From: Candidatus Micrarchaeota archaeon
GTDB taxonomy: Archaea > Micrarchaeota > Micrarchaeia > Anstonellales > Bilamarchaeaceae
DNA length: 64,000 nt
Assembly: GCA_040757035.1 (NCBI GenBank)
Contig: JBFLYM010000001.1
Location: forward strand, 12,222 to 76,221
Direction of reading: 5' to 3'
How positions within the stretch are numbered: position 1 is the stretch's first letter; each line of letters starts with the position of its first letter. The translations under genes were made by a program, and so were the position numbers. Shown in pieces: positions 18,459 through 26,967 of the stretch. The notes beneath the pieces were generated by a model that had not been told where the DNA came from, ran no database searches, and saw nothing but the letters and a program-made list of their open reading frames with translations.

Positions 18459-18773
18459 ATGCGGAATAATAAGTCATCATCGCCATCAGGGGATGTGCCA
18501 CAATTTAGGATAAGATTACCAAAAGGAAATGAAGTCTTTGGAGTAGTAATTGGATTAGTAGGTGGCAGCAGAACAATTGTTGCATGTAAAGATGGGAAAG
18601 AACGCAATTGCCGCATTCCAGGTAGATTGAAAAATGATATTTGGGTTAGAGATGGAGATATAGTAATTGTGCAACCTTGGGATATAGAAAGTGATAAAAA
18701 AGGCGATATTATTTGGAGGTATACTCCCCTCCAAGCAAAAATGCTTACCGAAAAAGGATTGATAAGAAATTAA
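18459..18773 (+). CDS. eif1a: Translation initiation factor 1A (aIF1A).
   Basis: …VFGVVIGLVGGSRTIVACKDGKERNCRIPGRLKNDIWVRDGDIVIVQPW… has the eIF1A OB-fold signature. Start taken at the ATG (MRNNK). Confidence 0.8.
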   Translation: MRNNKSSSPSGDVPQFRIRLPKGNEVFGVVIGLVGGSRTIVACKDGKERNCRIPGRLKNDIWVRDGDIVIVQPWDIESDKKGDIIWRYTPLQAKMLTEKGLIRN

Positions 18774-18784
18774 AAAATCTAAAA

Positions 18785-18901
18785 ATGCGATTGCCGGGAC
18801 TCCCCACGTATTCTTTTCTTCTTTTAAAAAGGAAAAGGGGTCTGGTTCGGACCCGGGTCCCAAGCTTGGAAGGCTTGCATCCTACCACTAGACTACAATC
18901 G
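18785..18901 (-). tRNA. tRNA-Gly(UCC) with a ~44-nt non-canonical intron placed inside the T-loop.
   Basis: Minus-strand read: acceptor GCGATTG/CAATCGC, D-arm with GG, anticodon arm CAAGC-CTTCCAA-GCTTG. Removing CCAGACCCC…GGGGAG restores T-arm CCGGG-TCCGAAT-CCCGG. Discriminator A; CCA not encoded. Confidence 0.55.
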
Positions 18902-18963
18902 CATAAAAATTTTATATATCTAATATTATGTTTAGTATATATCCACTTTTGTGTATGATTTAT

Positions 18964-19386
18964 CTATATTGTTGTAACAATTTTTTCTATACTACCCCCT
19001 ACCTGTTTTATTTTTTCCTCTGCTTTTTTACTCCAGCAAAGTGCACGAATATTTAATGGAATTGATAATACGCCAGAACCTAAGATTTTTCCTTTAAATA
19101 CAAACACTTCTTTTCCATCTTTTTTTTCGATCGTCCCTTTTTTCACCATATTTTCTATCTCAAAAATATTTATTGTGTGCATATCCTTTTTTGTCGGATT
19201 AACGAACCCGCGATTTCCAAAATAATTGGGAGCAAATTTTACAGTCCAAGTTTTTTTATGTTTGTTTAGTCCCGCATGACCAACACCGCCACGGTTTCCA
19301 CTACCCCTTCTATTTTTAACATTACCACAACCATGCGTTCTGCGGCCGCGATATTTTTTTGCTCGTTTTTCTTTTCGTTTTGTCAT
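18964..19386 (-). CDS. rpl15: 50S ribosomal protein L15 (uL15).
   Basis: Gly/Arg-rich N-terminus RRGSGNRGGVGHAGLNKHK…FGNRGF…. Confidence 0.8.
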   Translation of the reverse strand: MTKRKEKRAKKYRGRRTHGCGNVKNRRGSGNRGGVGHAGLNKHKKTWTVKFAPNYFGNRGFVNPTKKDMHTINIFEIENMVKKGTIEKKDGKEVFVFKGKILGSGVLSIPLNIRALCWSKKAEEKIKQVGGSIEKIVTTI

Positions 19387-19400
19387 TATTATCACATTTA

Positions 19401-19868
19401 TCATGTCATTCTTTTTATAAGAGGCGAAATATCTGGTCTCGCACCAAGATCGCCTTTTGGATAAGGTTGTTTTATGTCTTTATACCCTTTGCGCGGAGGT
19501 TTGAGCGCAAAAACAGGCGTTGCGAATTCGCTTACTTTCGCACCATCCATAATTTTCTTCGTAATGTCCACTATTTCGTCATTATTCAAAATTTCTGAAA
19601 GTCTTTTTGCGCCTTTTTTGCCCTTTTTATAAAGTAAGCGCTCAAGCGCGTTGTTGTCTATTTGACCGAACGTTACATAATCCTTCACAAGATTAAGCAT
19701 TCCGCGTACATAGCAAGAGTTTTCCATTACAACGCAATGATTTGGTTTGCGAAGTCGGAGAAGTTCAAGGGTTTTTTTAATTTTAGGTTCTATGTTCCGC
19801 TTTCCGCGTATCCGAATAATCGCGATTTTTGATTTATCAGAAAACTTAATTTTCACTTTTATCACCAA
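19401..19868 (-). CDS. rpl30: 50S ribosomal protein L30 (uL30).
   Basis: …IAIIRIRGKRNIEPKIKKTLELLRLRKPNHCVV… 155 aa, typical of archaeal L30. Confidence 0.8.
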   Translation of the reverse strand: MVIKVKIKFSDKSKIAIIRIRGKRNIEPKIKKTLELLRLRKPNHCVVMENSCYVRGMLNLVKDYVTFGQIDNNALERLLYKKGKKGAKRLSEILNNDEIVDITKKIMDGAKVSEFATPVFALKPPRKGYKDIKQPYPKGDLGARPDISPLIKRMT

Positions 19869-19895
19869 AATTCAAGGAATTCAAGATATGGGAAT

Positions 19896-20603
19896 TCAAG
19901 GCATACGCGAAAGCTCTGTTTGAACATTTGCTGCTCTTATAGGATGCGGTTTCGCTATTGAAATATTCTCAAGCGCATTTATTGTTGCCATCACGGTATT
20001 ATAAACATTGTTTGTGTTTCCACTTGTTGTACTCCATACATCTTTTATTCCTGCAATTGAAAGAACTTTTTTTACAGTTGTATTAGACACAAGACCAAGC
20101 CCTTTTGGTGCTGGTTTAAGCACCACAATTGTACTTCCTTCTTTACCTTGCGTAGCTTCTGGGATTGAATGCTGCACACAACATTTACATTCCCATGAAC
20201 CACAACCCATTTTAACCGAAATCATTTTTTTCTTTGCTTCTTTTATCGCATAATCTATTGAATATTTAATTTCTTCGGATTTTCCAACTCCAATACCAAC
20301 ATGTCCATTTCTATCTCCAACTGCAACAACAACACGGAACTGAATTTTTCTCCCAGAATCGGTTACGCGTTGAGTGCTTTTAATAAGTAATGTTTCGGCT
20401 TCAAGATTAGTAAGTAAAATATCTACTATCTCTGATTCAAGGATTGGTTTTCCAAGATCCGATATTTGTTCAAAGGTTGTTATTTCTCCGCTTTTAACCA
20501 TTTCACCTATTTTAGTTTTTGGGTCCCAATTTTCTTTATTAGCGATACTTACTTTTTCACTCATAAGATCACTTCGCCTCAAATTTTTTCTTTGTTGCTT
20601 CAA
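19896..20603 (-). CDS. rps5: 30S ribosomal protein S5 (uS5).
   Basis: …RFQFRVVVAVGDRNGHVGIGVGKSEE…VLKPAPKGLGLV… has the S5 dsRBD and C-terminal domains. Confidence 0.9.
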   Translation of the reverse strand: MKQQRKNLRRSDLMSEKVSIANKENWDPKTKIGEMVKSGEITTFEQISDLGKPILESEIVDILLTNLEAETLLIKSTQRVTDSGRKIQFRVVVAVGDRNGHVGIGVGKSEEIKYSIDYAIKEAKKKMISVKMGCGSWECKCCVQHSIPEATQGKEGSTIVVLKPAPKGLGLVSNTTVKKVLSIAGIKDVWSTTSGNTNNVYNTVMATINALENISIAKPHPIRAANVQTELSRMP

Positions 20604-21072
20604 ATATGTCTTTCATTCCTTTTAAATGGATGAGATGAGAGCCACTCAATCTATCTGAAATAATTTTTGATTCATCAAACGGAATATTTATTCCGCCATC
20701 TATCGCACCTTTTACAGCAGCAAAAATTACAGCTCCTTTTGAAGGAGTATTGTTTATATCTGCAATCGCAGCTGTTATTCCATATTTGATTTTTGCTTGT
20801 TTGGCGGCATAAAACCCTGCAAGATAAGCGGTAGGAGTATTGCATTTTGCAGGAAAATCCGCAATTCTTTTAAGTAATGATGAATGCATATTGTATAATA
20901 TCTTATCCCCATTTTTGGAATATTGTACAAACTGAATAACAAATCCAGTATTAGTACGCCTGATCACCATCCGAATTTTTCCACTTTTTATCAGCGCAAG
21001 CCTTTTTGCATAATTAGTTTTTCCTTCGCGGGTTCTTCGAAATGGCATCACAAATGTAGTTTTTACTTTCAT
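20569..21072 (-). CDS. rpl18: 50S ribosomal protein L18 (uL18).
   Basis: …RRTREGKTNYAKRLALIKSGKIRMVIRRTN… L18/5S-binding signature. Confidence 0.85.
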   Translation of the reverse strand: MKVKTTFVMPFRRTREGKTNYAKRLALIKSGKIRMVIRRTNTGFVIQFVQYSKNGDKILYNMHSSLLKRIADFPAKCNTPTAYLAGFYAAKQAKIKYGITAAIADINNTPSKGAVIFAAVKGAIDGGINIPFDESKIISDRLSGSHLIHLKGMKDIFEATKKKFEAK

Positions 21073-21137
21073 TTAATCATCTTTTTAATTATCTGTTTTT
21101 TTGTTTTTTTACTTCTTTAAATCGCCTTTAATTGTTC

Positions 21138-21575
21138 TTAATTATTTTTAATTGTTTTTTCTATGTATAAATTGTTTTCCTTGAGGAACATCAACAACGC
21201 TTTTTTTCCTTTAAATGAACCGCCCTTTATTCTGAGATATATTTTACGTTTATCCTTTTTGTCAACATTACCTTCTGAAACAAGTTTAGAAAGATATTTT
21301 CTTTGTGCTCTTATATTGTTCATCCATTTTTTCTTTTTTGGCGTGCGCGCATTCATGCTTCCTTTTCGCGAACCAATAAGTTTCTTTTTTCTTTTATTTC
21401 TAACTTTAAATCCTGCACATTGCTTGATATAAATTACTTTGTCTTTTATAAGGCCCTTTACATCTGCCCGCGTAAGCGCTTTTTTCGCCCTTTCCAATTC
21501 TTCAGATTTTATTTTTATTTTGTTTTCGCCAACATCAAGAATTTCGGACGCGAGTCTTCTTATTGTTGAAAGCAT
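21138..21575 (-). CDS. rpl19e: 50S ribosomal protein L19e (eL19).
   Basis: MLSTIRRLASEILDVGENKIK…IKDKVIYIKQ…RAQRKYL… L19e signature. Confidence 0.85.
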   Translation of the reverse strand: MLSTIRRLASEILDVGENKIKIKSEELERAKKALTRADVKGLIKDKVIYIKQCAGFKVRNKRKKKLIGSRKGSMNARTPKKKKWMNNIRAQRKYLSKLVSEGNVDKKDKRKIYLRIKGGSFKGKKALLMFLKENNLYIEKTIKNN

Positions 21576-21600
21576 GAATCAATCACCTAAATTATTTAGA

Positions 21601-21999
21601 TTATTCTAATTGAGAATCGTTTAGGTTGAGAACCCTGATTTTCATTTTATCTGCCATTTTTTTCAGTTCGTTTCGCTTCTTTTTTCCAACTCCTTTTGCA
21701 ATACGCGCCACGTTATTCGCGCTTACTTTGTTTTTGAGTTCATCCGCGTTATGAATAAGTACTTCGAACAAACCGCATGGGTGGATTCCGCGTACCTCTG
21801 AACGATTTTTGTATCCTATGCGTGGACTTGCGCCTGCAAACGAACATCTTATTCTTTTTTTGTTGTCAATACCCCTTGGTTTTCTCCATCTTGGTTTAAC
21901 TCGCTTTTTAAATCCTGCATTGAGGACATTAAATTTTGGTTTTGATTTTTTTCGTGCGAGTTTTTGTTTTAGCATTTTATTCACCAATTCATTCATCAA
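21601..21999 (-). CDS. rpl32e: 50S ribosomal protein L32e (eL32).
   Basis: …KPRWRKPRGIDNKKR…AGASPRIGYKNRSEVRGIHPCG… L32e signature. Confidence 0.85.
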   Translation of the reverse strand: MMNELVNKMLKQKLARKKSKPKFNVLNAGFKKRVKPRWRKPRGIDNKKRIRCSFAGASPRIGYKNRSEVRGIHPCGLFEVLIHNADELKNKVSANNVARIAKGVGKKKRNELKKMADKMKIRVLNLNDSQLE

Positions 22000-22012
22000 T
22001 AATTATATAATT

Positions 22013-22507
22013 TCATATTTCATATATTCCATCCTGAAATATTCGGCAATCTTTATTTCTTACGCGTAGCGCGCGTTTGAAATTTGCTATTGTCTGGCCA
22101 AGCGCTTCTTTATCTGGACTAGAAATAATTACTTCCTGCCCTTTTACATCTATTTTTGTTTTCCCAATTATTTTTGATGTACGCGGAAGTTTTTCCCCCA
22201 TAAGATTTTTTATATTGATACTATTTCCCTTTATCTCCAATGTAAATGGAAAGTGCGCATAAATAAGTTTGAATTTTCTTGAATACCCATGTTGTACACC
22301 GTTTATCATATTTTTGATATGCGCTTCCAATGTTTTTTTGATTGCTTTACTACGACTCTCAATCTTTAGCTGGTTTCCATCCATGGTTATTTCGCTTTCA
22401 GATATTTTAAAGCGTTTTTCAACTTCACCATTCGGACCCTTTATTTTCACTAATCCGTCCGTAATAATTATTATAATTCCATCCGGTATCTCCATTCTAA
22501 TCACCAC
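22013..22507 (-). CDS. rpl6: 50S ribosomal protein L6 (uL6).
   Basis: Two-domain L6 pattern …VKIKGPNGEV…GYSRKFKLIYAHFPF…. Confidence 0.9.
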   Translation of the reverse strand: MVIRMEIPDGIIIIITDGLVKIKGPNGEVEKRFKISESEITMDGNQLKIESRSKAIKKTLEAHIKNMINGVQHGYSRKFKLIYAHFPFTLEIKGNSINIKNLMGEKLPRTSKIIGKTKIDVKGQEVIISSPDKEALGQTIANFKRALRVRNKDCRIFQDGIYEI

Positions 22508-22559
22508 ACAACATCATCCTAAAAGCCATGGAATTTACTTTTACTAATATTTACTTCTA

Positions 22560-22940
22560 CTAATAGATATAGGCGATCAATCTTCCTCCTATTCCAAACT
22601 CTTGCGCTACAGTATTTGTAATTATTCCATTTGATGTTGAAACGATTATTACTCCTATGTTATATGCAGGGAGAAATTGTTGCTCAAATTTCTGCCATTC
22701 GTTTTTCTTTACCGAGATGCGCGGTTTGATCACTCCTGCCTCATTAATTTTTCCTGCTAATTCAACTTCGTATTTATTACCTCTTCCGTTTTCTATAAAT
22801 TGATAAGATACTATATAACCTTCATTTTTGAGAATATCAAGTATTTTACCTATTATCTTAGATGCTTTAAATGTACAATATTTTTGTCCAGCGATTTCAT
22901 GCGTTTTCATTGTATTAAGCGCATCAGCAACTATGTCCAA
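22560..22940 (-). CDS. rps8: 30S ribosomal protein S8 (uS8).
   Basis: MDIVADALNTMKTHE…ILKNEGYI… C-terminal …GVIIVSTSNGIITNTVAQEFGIGGRLIAYIY. Confidence 0.9.
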   Translation of the reverse strand: MDIVADALNTMKTHEIAGQKYCTFKASKIIGKILDILKNEGYIVSYQFIENGRGNKYEVELAGKINEAGVIKPRISVKKNEWQKFEQQFLPAYNIGVIIVSTSNGIITNTVAQEFGIGGRLIAYIY

Positions 22941-22961
22941 TTTATCACCCTTAATATTTCC

Positions 22962-23120
22962 TTAATATTTTCTAAAATTAATGTATTCCGCAACTTCACG
23001 AAAGCATCTCCTGCATACAAAAAGAGCATATTTTCTTATCAATGCACGTGCATTACCGCATACTTTGCATTTTCTTATACCCCTTGCCTTGAACTTTTCT
23101 TCAAACCGAACATTTGTCAT
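22962..23120 (-). CDS. rps14: 30S ribosomal protein S14, zinc type (uS14), 52 aa. Not in the ORF track.
   Basis: Hand translation of the minus strand gives MTNVRFEEKFKARGIRKCKVCGNARALIRKYALFVCRRCFREVAEYINFRKY with the CxxC…CxxC knuckle. Positioned between S8 and L5 as in archaeal spc operons. Confidence 0.8.
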   Translation of the reverse strand: MTNVRFEEKFKARGIRKCKVCGNARALIRKYALFVCRRCFREVAEYINFRKY

Positions 23121-23121
23121 T

Positions 23122-23670
23122 TTATTGCACCTCGTCCTCTACCTTTGCATTGAGATAAGTTTTTGTGAAGTTAATTGCTTCTTCTTTAGTTATAAATTGT
23201 ACCTTTGGGATTTTTGAAGCGCGTTTCATTCGATCTCTGATCCGTTGGCCTTTTCTTTTGAGCGTAACACATACATCAAACCCAAACACTCCTACCTTTG
23301 GATCATATTTTGCTTTAGGAAAATCTATGCATTCTTTTACTCCAAATGCAAAATTGCCATTTTTATCAAAATTAGTTTTGTTGATTTTCCTTTTTATAGA
23401 ATCCAATGCTTTGTTCAGGAAATCAAGTGCGATTGCTCCTCTAAGCGTAGTTTTAAGTCCTATTGGTAGTCCGACTCTAAGCTTAAATACTGGATTTCTT
23501 TTTTTTGCTTTGGTTTCTATAAATTTTTTACCAATTAATTTTTCCATAAATGTTTTTATTCCATCCAATCTCTCTCCCGGAGAACCTACCCCAATATTTA
23601 TTGTAACTTTCTCTAAAACAATCTGTCTCATTGGATTTGTCAAGTTAATTGGATTATCTTCTTTAGTCAT
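23122..23670 (-). CDS. rpl5: 50S ribosomal protein L5 (uL5).
   Basis: …LEKVTINIGVGSPGERL…FKLRVGLPIGLKTTLRG… L5 signature. Confidence 0.9.
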   Translation of the reverse strand: MTKEDNPINLTNPMRQIVLEKVTINIGVGSPGERLDGIKTFMEKLIGKKFIETKAKKRNPVFKLRVGLPIGLKTTLRGAIALDFLNKALDSIKRKINKTNFDKNGNFAFGVKECIDFPKAKYDPKVGVFGFDVCVTLKRKGQRIRDRMKRASKIPKVQFITKEEAINFTKTYLNAKVEDEVQ

Positions 23671-24443
23671 TAAGACGCACCTTTATTTTCGGATTGTGTT
23701 TTGTTTTCTGTCTGTGTTTTGTCTTCGGACTGAAGTAATGAATAATCATGATAAAACTCGTTGATTACCATTAGATATTTTGCCGCTGTAATAAATTCTT
23801 CTTTGCCCTTTAGTTTTGCTTCTTGCCCACCACTGCCCTCTTTTCTTTCAACTAGTGATTCAAGATTTGCGATGCTACCGATGTGTTTTCCCTCTGTAAC
23901 AAGACATTTCGCACCTTTTTCAAATTTAAGAATATTATCAATTTTTTGTTCAGGAACCGTTATTATTATACTATCACCAACACAAATATTATTATCCGCA
24001 ATAATGTTTCTTCCGTCATGAAGCGTAATATTAATTTTTCCTTTTTTTATTACATGTTTTTTTACTATCTTCCCGATTTTACTATTCACATGTTTGGTTT
24101 CTACCGGTATTAACTGGCCTTTTGTATTAAGTACTATTTGATATGCTTTACCTACCTTTGGGAAAAAAATTAAATCCATCAAACCGATTGGAAATCGTTC
24201 ATCTTTTCTTATTACATTATCTACGAATACTTGTTTTGCGTTCAAAACTTTGCGAGTCTCTGAAGCACTTTTTGTTATACAAAGCACATCTCTTATAAGA
24301 ACGCCGAGCGGAATTGCTTTCGCTTTTGGATGCGTACCTGGATTTGTACTCATGATAAATTTGTATTCTTTTTTATTATATATTGGAATCGCTTTTGGAA
24401 TCGCGAGTCTTTTTGTATGAGATGTTTCTCCTTTTTTAGCCAT
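23670..24443 (-). CDS. rps4e: 30S ribosomal protein S4e (eS4), with a short Gln/Thr/Glu-rich C-terminal extension.
   Basis: …HTKRLAIPK…PKAKAIPLGVLIRDVL… S4e N-terminus with S4 and KOW domains. Confidence 0.85.
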   Translation of the reverse strand: MAKKGETSHTKRLAIPKAIPIYNKKEYKFIMSTNPGTHPKAKAIPLGVLIRDVLCITKSASETRKVLNAKQVFVDNVIRKDERFPIGLMDLIFFPKVGKAYQIVLNTKGQLIPVETKHVNSKIGKIVKKHVIKKGKINITLHDGRNIIADNNICVGDSIIITVPEQKIDNILKFEKGAKCLVTEGKHIGSIANLESLVERKEGSGGQEAKLKGKEEFITAAKYLMVINEFYHDYSLLQSEDKTQTENKTQSENKGAS

Positions 24444-24484
24444 TTTTCCACCCGCTCATTAGCTGTATTTATTATATTTTTGTG

Positions 24485-24868
24485 TTATATTTTTGGCGCT
24501 TCACCATCGTCCACCGTCGTCGTTTGTTCGCCGAATTTCTTTTTTCTATCCTTTGTCATATTAAGTTCAATAAGCATAAGATTAGACGGCTGAAAGGGAA
24601 TTAATTTTTCTGTTCCCTTCGCGTTTTTTCTTGAAATTCCTTCCAAATAAACCAAGCGTTTTACATAACTTATTTTTGCAATTTTGCTTGTTTTATTTCT
24701 ATGAATACCGCGCATTATCTTTACACTATCGCCTTTGTTTGCGAGTAGCGCGCGTGTCTTTATGTTGAGCTTATTTCTAAGTTCCTTTGAGGTATGTACA
24801 TGCATAAGATTTTTGCGCGTGTGCAATTTTGCGCTGTAAAATTTTTTTCTTTCGCTATCTCTTTTCAT
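24485..24868 (-). CDS. rpl24: 50S ribosomal protein L24 (uL24).
   Basis: KOW motif …KGDSVKIMRGIHRNKTSKI… 127 aa. Confidence 0.85.
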   Translation of the reverse strand: MKRDSERKKFYSAKLHTRKNLMHVHTSKELRNKLNIKTRALLANKGDSVKIMRGIHRNKTSKIAKISYVKRLVYLEGISRKNAKGTEKLIPFQPSNLMLIELNMTKDRKKKFGEQTTTVDDGEAPKI

Positions 24869-25266
24869 TATATCACCGCGGATGCGATTGCCGAAACTTT
24901 TGGATATCTATTTATAATCTCTTTCGCAACCACTCCTTTGATTTCCGTTCCGACAGGAAGTCCATCTTCGGTAATAAGCACTGCTGCGTTGTCTTCAAAC
25001 TGAACGGTATTTCCATTACAGCGTTTGAACGGCATTTTCTGCCTTATTATAAGCGCTCTTACTACTTTTTTTATCATTTCTGGTTTTCCTTTTTTTACCG
25101 ATGCGATTATCACGTCTCCGATCCCTGCCGCTGGATAACGATTTCTCACTCCGCGTAGATTAAGCACATTTATAATTTCTATTTCTTTTGCGCCACTGTT
25201 ATCATGGCATATAATTTTGCTACCAACCTGCAAGCCGCGCGTTATTGATGCTCCAAGCCCTTTCAT
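24868..25266 (-). CDS. rpl14: 50S ribosomal protein L14 (uL14).
   Basis: MKGLGASITRGLQVGSKIICHDNSGAKE… L14 signature. Confidence 0.9.
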   Translation of the reverse strand: MKGLGASITRGLQVGSKIICHDNSGAKEIEIINVLNLRGVRNRYPAAGIGDVIIASVKKGKPEMIKKVVRALIIRQKMPFKRCNGNTVQFEDNAAVLITEDGLPVGTEIKGVVAKEIINRYPKVSAIASAVI

Positions 25267-25345
25267 CTTTAATCACCAATTATCTTACTAATCTCATTAT
25301 TTACTATCATCTCATTATTATCTCACTATTATCTTTATCTTGAGA

Positions 25346-25651
25346 TTATTTTATTATACTCATTATGATCCATGCCTTTGTTTTACTCATCTTTTTTGTT
25401 TCGCCTATCTCAACCACATCTCCTATTTTTGCATTTATGCAGGATGGGTTGTGTACAACTATCCTACTGCGCTCCTTAGAAATTCTATTATACTTTGGCA
25501 TGATATTTGAAATGTTTCTTTCCACAATTGCTGTTCTTTTTCCTTTATCGCTTACAACAATTCCTTTAGTTCTTCTTCCTCTTATCTTAAGTCCTGCGTG
25601 CTTAAAACAATTTTTGTCATCACATTTTTCTTCCATATTTTCCATCACCAA
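25346..25651 (-). CDS. rps17: 30S ribosomal protein S17 (uS17).
   Basis: …GIVVSDKGKRTAIVERNISNIMPKYNRISKERSRIVVHNP… S17 OB-fold. Confidence 0.85.
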   Translation of the reverse strand: MVMENMEEKCDDKNCFKHAGLKIRGRRTKGIVVSDKGKRTAIVERNISNIMPKYNRISKERSRIVVHNPSCINAKIGDVVEIGETKKMSKTKAWIIMSIIK

Positions 25652-25669
25652 ACATTTGGGTTTTAAATT

Positions 25670-25767
25670 ATATACGCAACCAACTAAGTTTTTCCGGTTT
25701 GTTTTTTAGGTTTTATCTCGATGGGTTGCGTATATGCGATCCACGTTTTTTTAGTGGATCGGTATAT
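25670..25767 (-). repeat. Family-B repeat, short form (copy B3), in the 5' region of the S17-L15 operon.
   Basis: Reverse complement reads atataccgatccactaaaaaaacgtggatcgcatatacgcaaccc…aaaacctaaaaaacaaaccggaaaaacttagttggttgcgtatat. Both B2 termini are retained; about 150 nt of the interior is missing. Confidence 0.55.
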
Positions 25768-26006
25768 TCTCTATTATAAACATTGATACACATTATTCTA
25801 GTTGTGCGTAATTATACGTAATTTCAATAATTCTGATTTCTTTGCTTACAATTTTTTTTCCTTTTTTCAGTAAATTCAATATTTAGCAAAGGTATCAGAA
25901 TTTAAATATCGCGTCTAGAAAAGTATTATTTTTCTTTTAGATAAAATGTATTGTATGGATGTAAGGATTTAAAAGGATTTGTTTCAGTTATTTTATTCAG
26001 GCTCAG

Positions 26007-26122
26007 GCCACGGTAGCTCAGCTGGGAGAGCATTCGGCTGAAGAATTCGATTTCAAAACAAGAAACCTGAAACTGAAAATTCAGTTACCGAAGGGTCGTT
26101 GGTTCAAGTCCGACCCGTGGCA
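26007..26122 (+). tRNA. tRNA-Phe(GAA) with a ~43-nt canonical intron (37/38 position).
   Basis: Acceptor GCCACGG/CCGTGGC, D-arm GCTCAGCTGGGAGAGC, anticodon stem TTCGG/CCGAA with loop CTGAAGA. Intron about 26044-26086. T-arm GTTGG-TTCAAGT-CCGAC. Discriminator A. Confidence 0.8.
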
Positions 26123-26248
26123 ATAAGCGTTTTTAGTTTCCTGCTTTTCTGCTTTTAGTTTTCAATATCTTCAAAATCTAACGAGTGTAACGAGTGTAAT
26201 TGGAGGGGGAGTCGGGAGGAACACAAGAACCTGAGGGGGAACGCCAAC

Positions 26249-26884
26249 TTAATACATAATAAGTTCCCCCTTGGGTTTGTGAAGGTTCAAGTCCGACCCG
26301 TGGCAATAATCCTTGGGCTGACATTTATATTCCGCAATTACGTGGTGTTTAGCTCCTGAAGGACTAAGTTCGCTCGCCATAAGATAAAAATTTTCAACTT
26401 TAAAATCGCCAAATTTCCATTTCTGATATTTTTCAAAAAACTGCTTCATGTCCATTTTTTTAATTCGCGCGAGCGTGATATGTCCAACGAACTGTTCTGA
26501 AGGAAATTCTGGCAATGCTTTGTTTATTTCATTCGCAAATTCAACGAGTTCTTGCGTTTTGCATCTCGCCCATATTACACGTGCATGCTGCTTGTTTGGA
26601 AACGCGCCTATGCCTTCTATAGCAACATTAAATGCAGGATACTCAACCGTGCGCAATTGCTGCTCTATTTTCTGAATTTTTTTGGAGTCGACTTCGCCTA
26701 AAAATTTTATTGTGATGTGGATATTTTCATTATTAACTACGGTTACCTTAGCTCCTCCACTTGTCGCTTTAGCTACTCCATTTATTGTTTTATCTCCTAA
26801 AGGTTTTCCTAAAAGTTCGCATTGCACACTATAGATCGCACGCTTTATCCATACCGGAACGCCAACAGAAACGAAAAATCGCAT
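26249..26884 (-). CDS. thpR: RNA 2',3'-cyclic phosphodiesterase / 2'-5' RNA ligase (LigT/ThpR, 2H family). The annotated C-terminal ~30 codons read through the tRNA 3' fragment.
   Basis: Two H-x-T-x motifs, HITIKFLG and HITLARI, at the expected spacing. Confidence 0.75.
   Translation of the reverse strand: MRFFVSVGVPVWIKRAIYSVQCELLGKPLGDKTINGVAKATSGGAKVTVVNNENIHITIKFLGEVDSKKIQKIEQQLRTVEYPAFNVAIEGIGAFPNKQHARVIWARCKTQELVEFANEINKALPEFPSEQFVGHITLARIKKMDMKQFFEKYQKWKFGDFKVENFYLMASELSPSGAKHHVIAEYKCQPKDYCHGSDLNLHKPKGELIMY
26283..26310 (+). repeat. Duplicated 3' fragment of tRNA-Phe (T-arm plus acceptor 3' strand). Possible att-site-like remnant.
   Basis: gaaggttcaagtccgacccgtggcaataa repeats 26094-26125 exactly. 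No matching 5' acceptor strand lies upstream. A perfect 9-bp hairpin agggggaac…gttccccct precedes it. Confidence 0.5.
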
Positions 26885-26967
26885 AATTCAATTTATAATA
26901 TATTCTGTTTTATATTTATATTTGTATTTTTATTTGTATTTTTATTTACATCTGTTCGGTTTTTTCT

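Noticed and set aside
26170-26310. Possible second complete tRNA downstream of tRNA-Phe.
   Set aside because: Only the T-arm and acceptor 3' strand are present. No complementary 5' acceptor strand or anticodon arm can be drawn. I treat it as a duplicated fragment.
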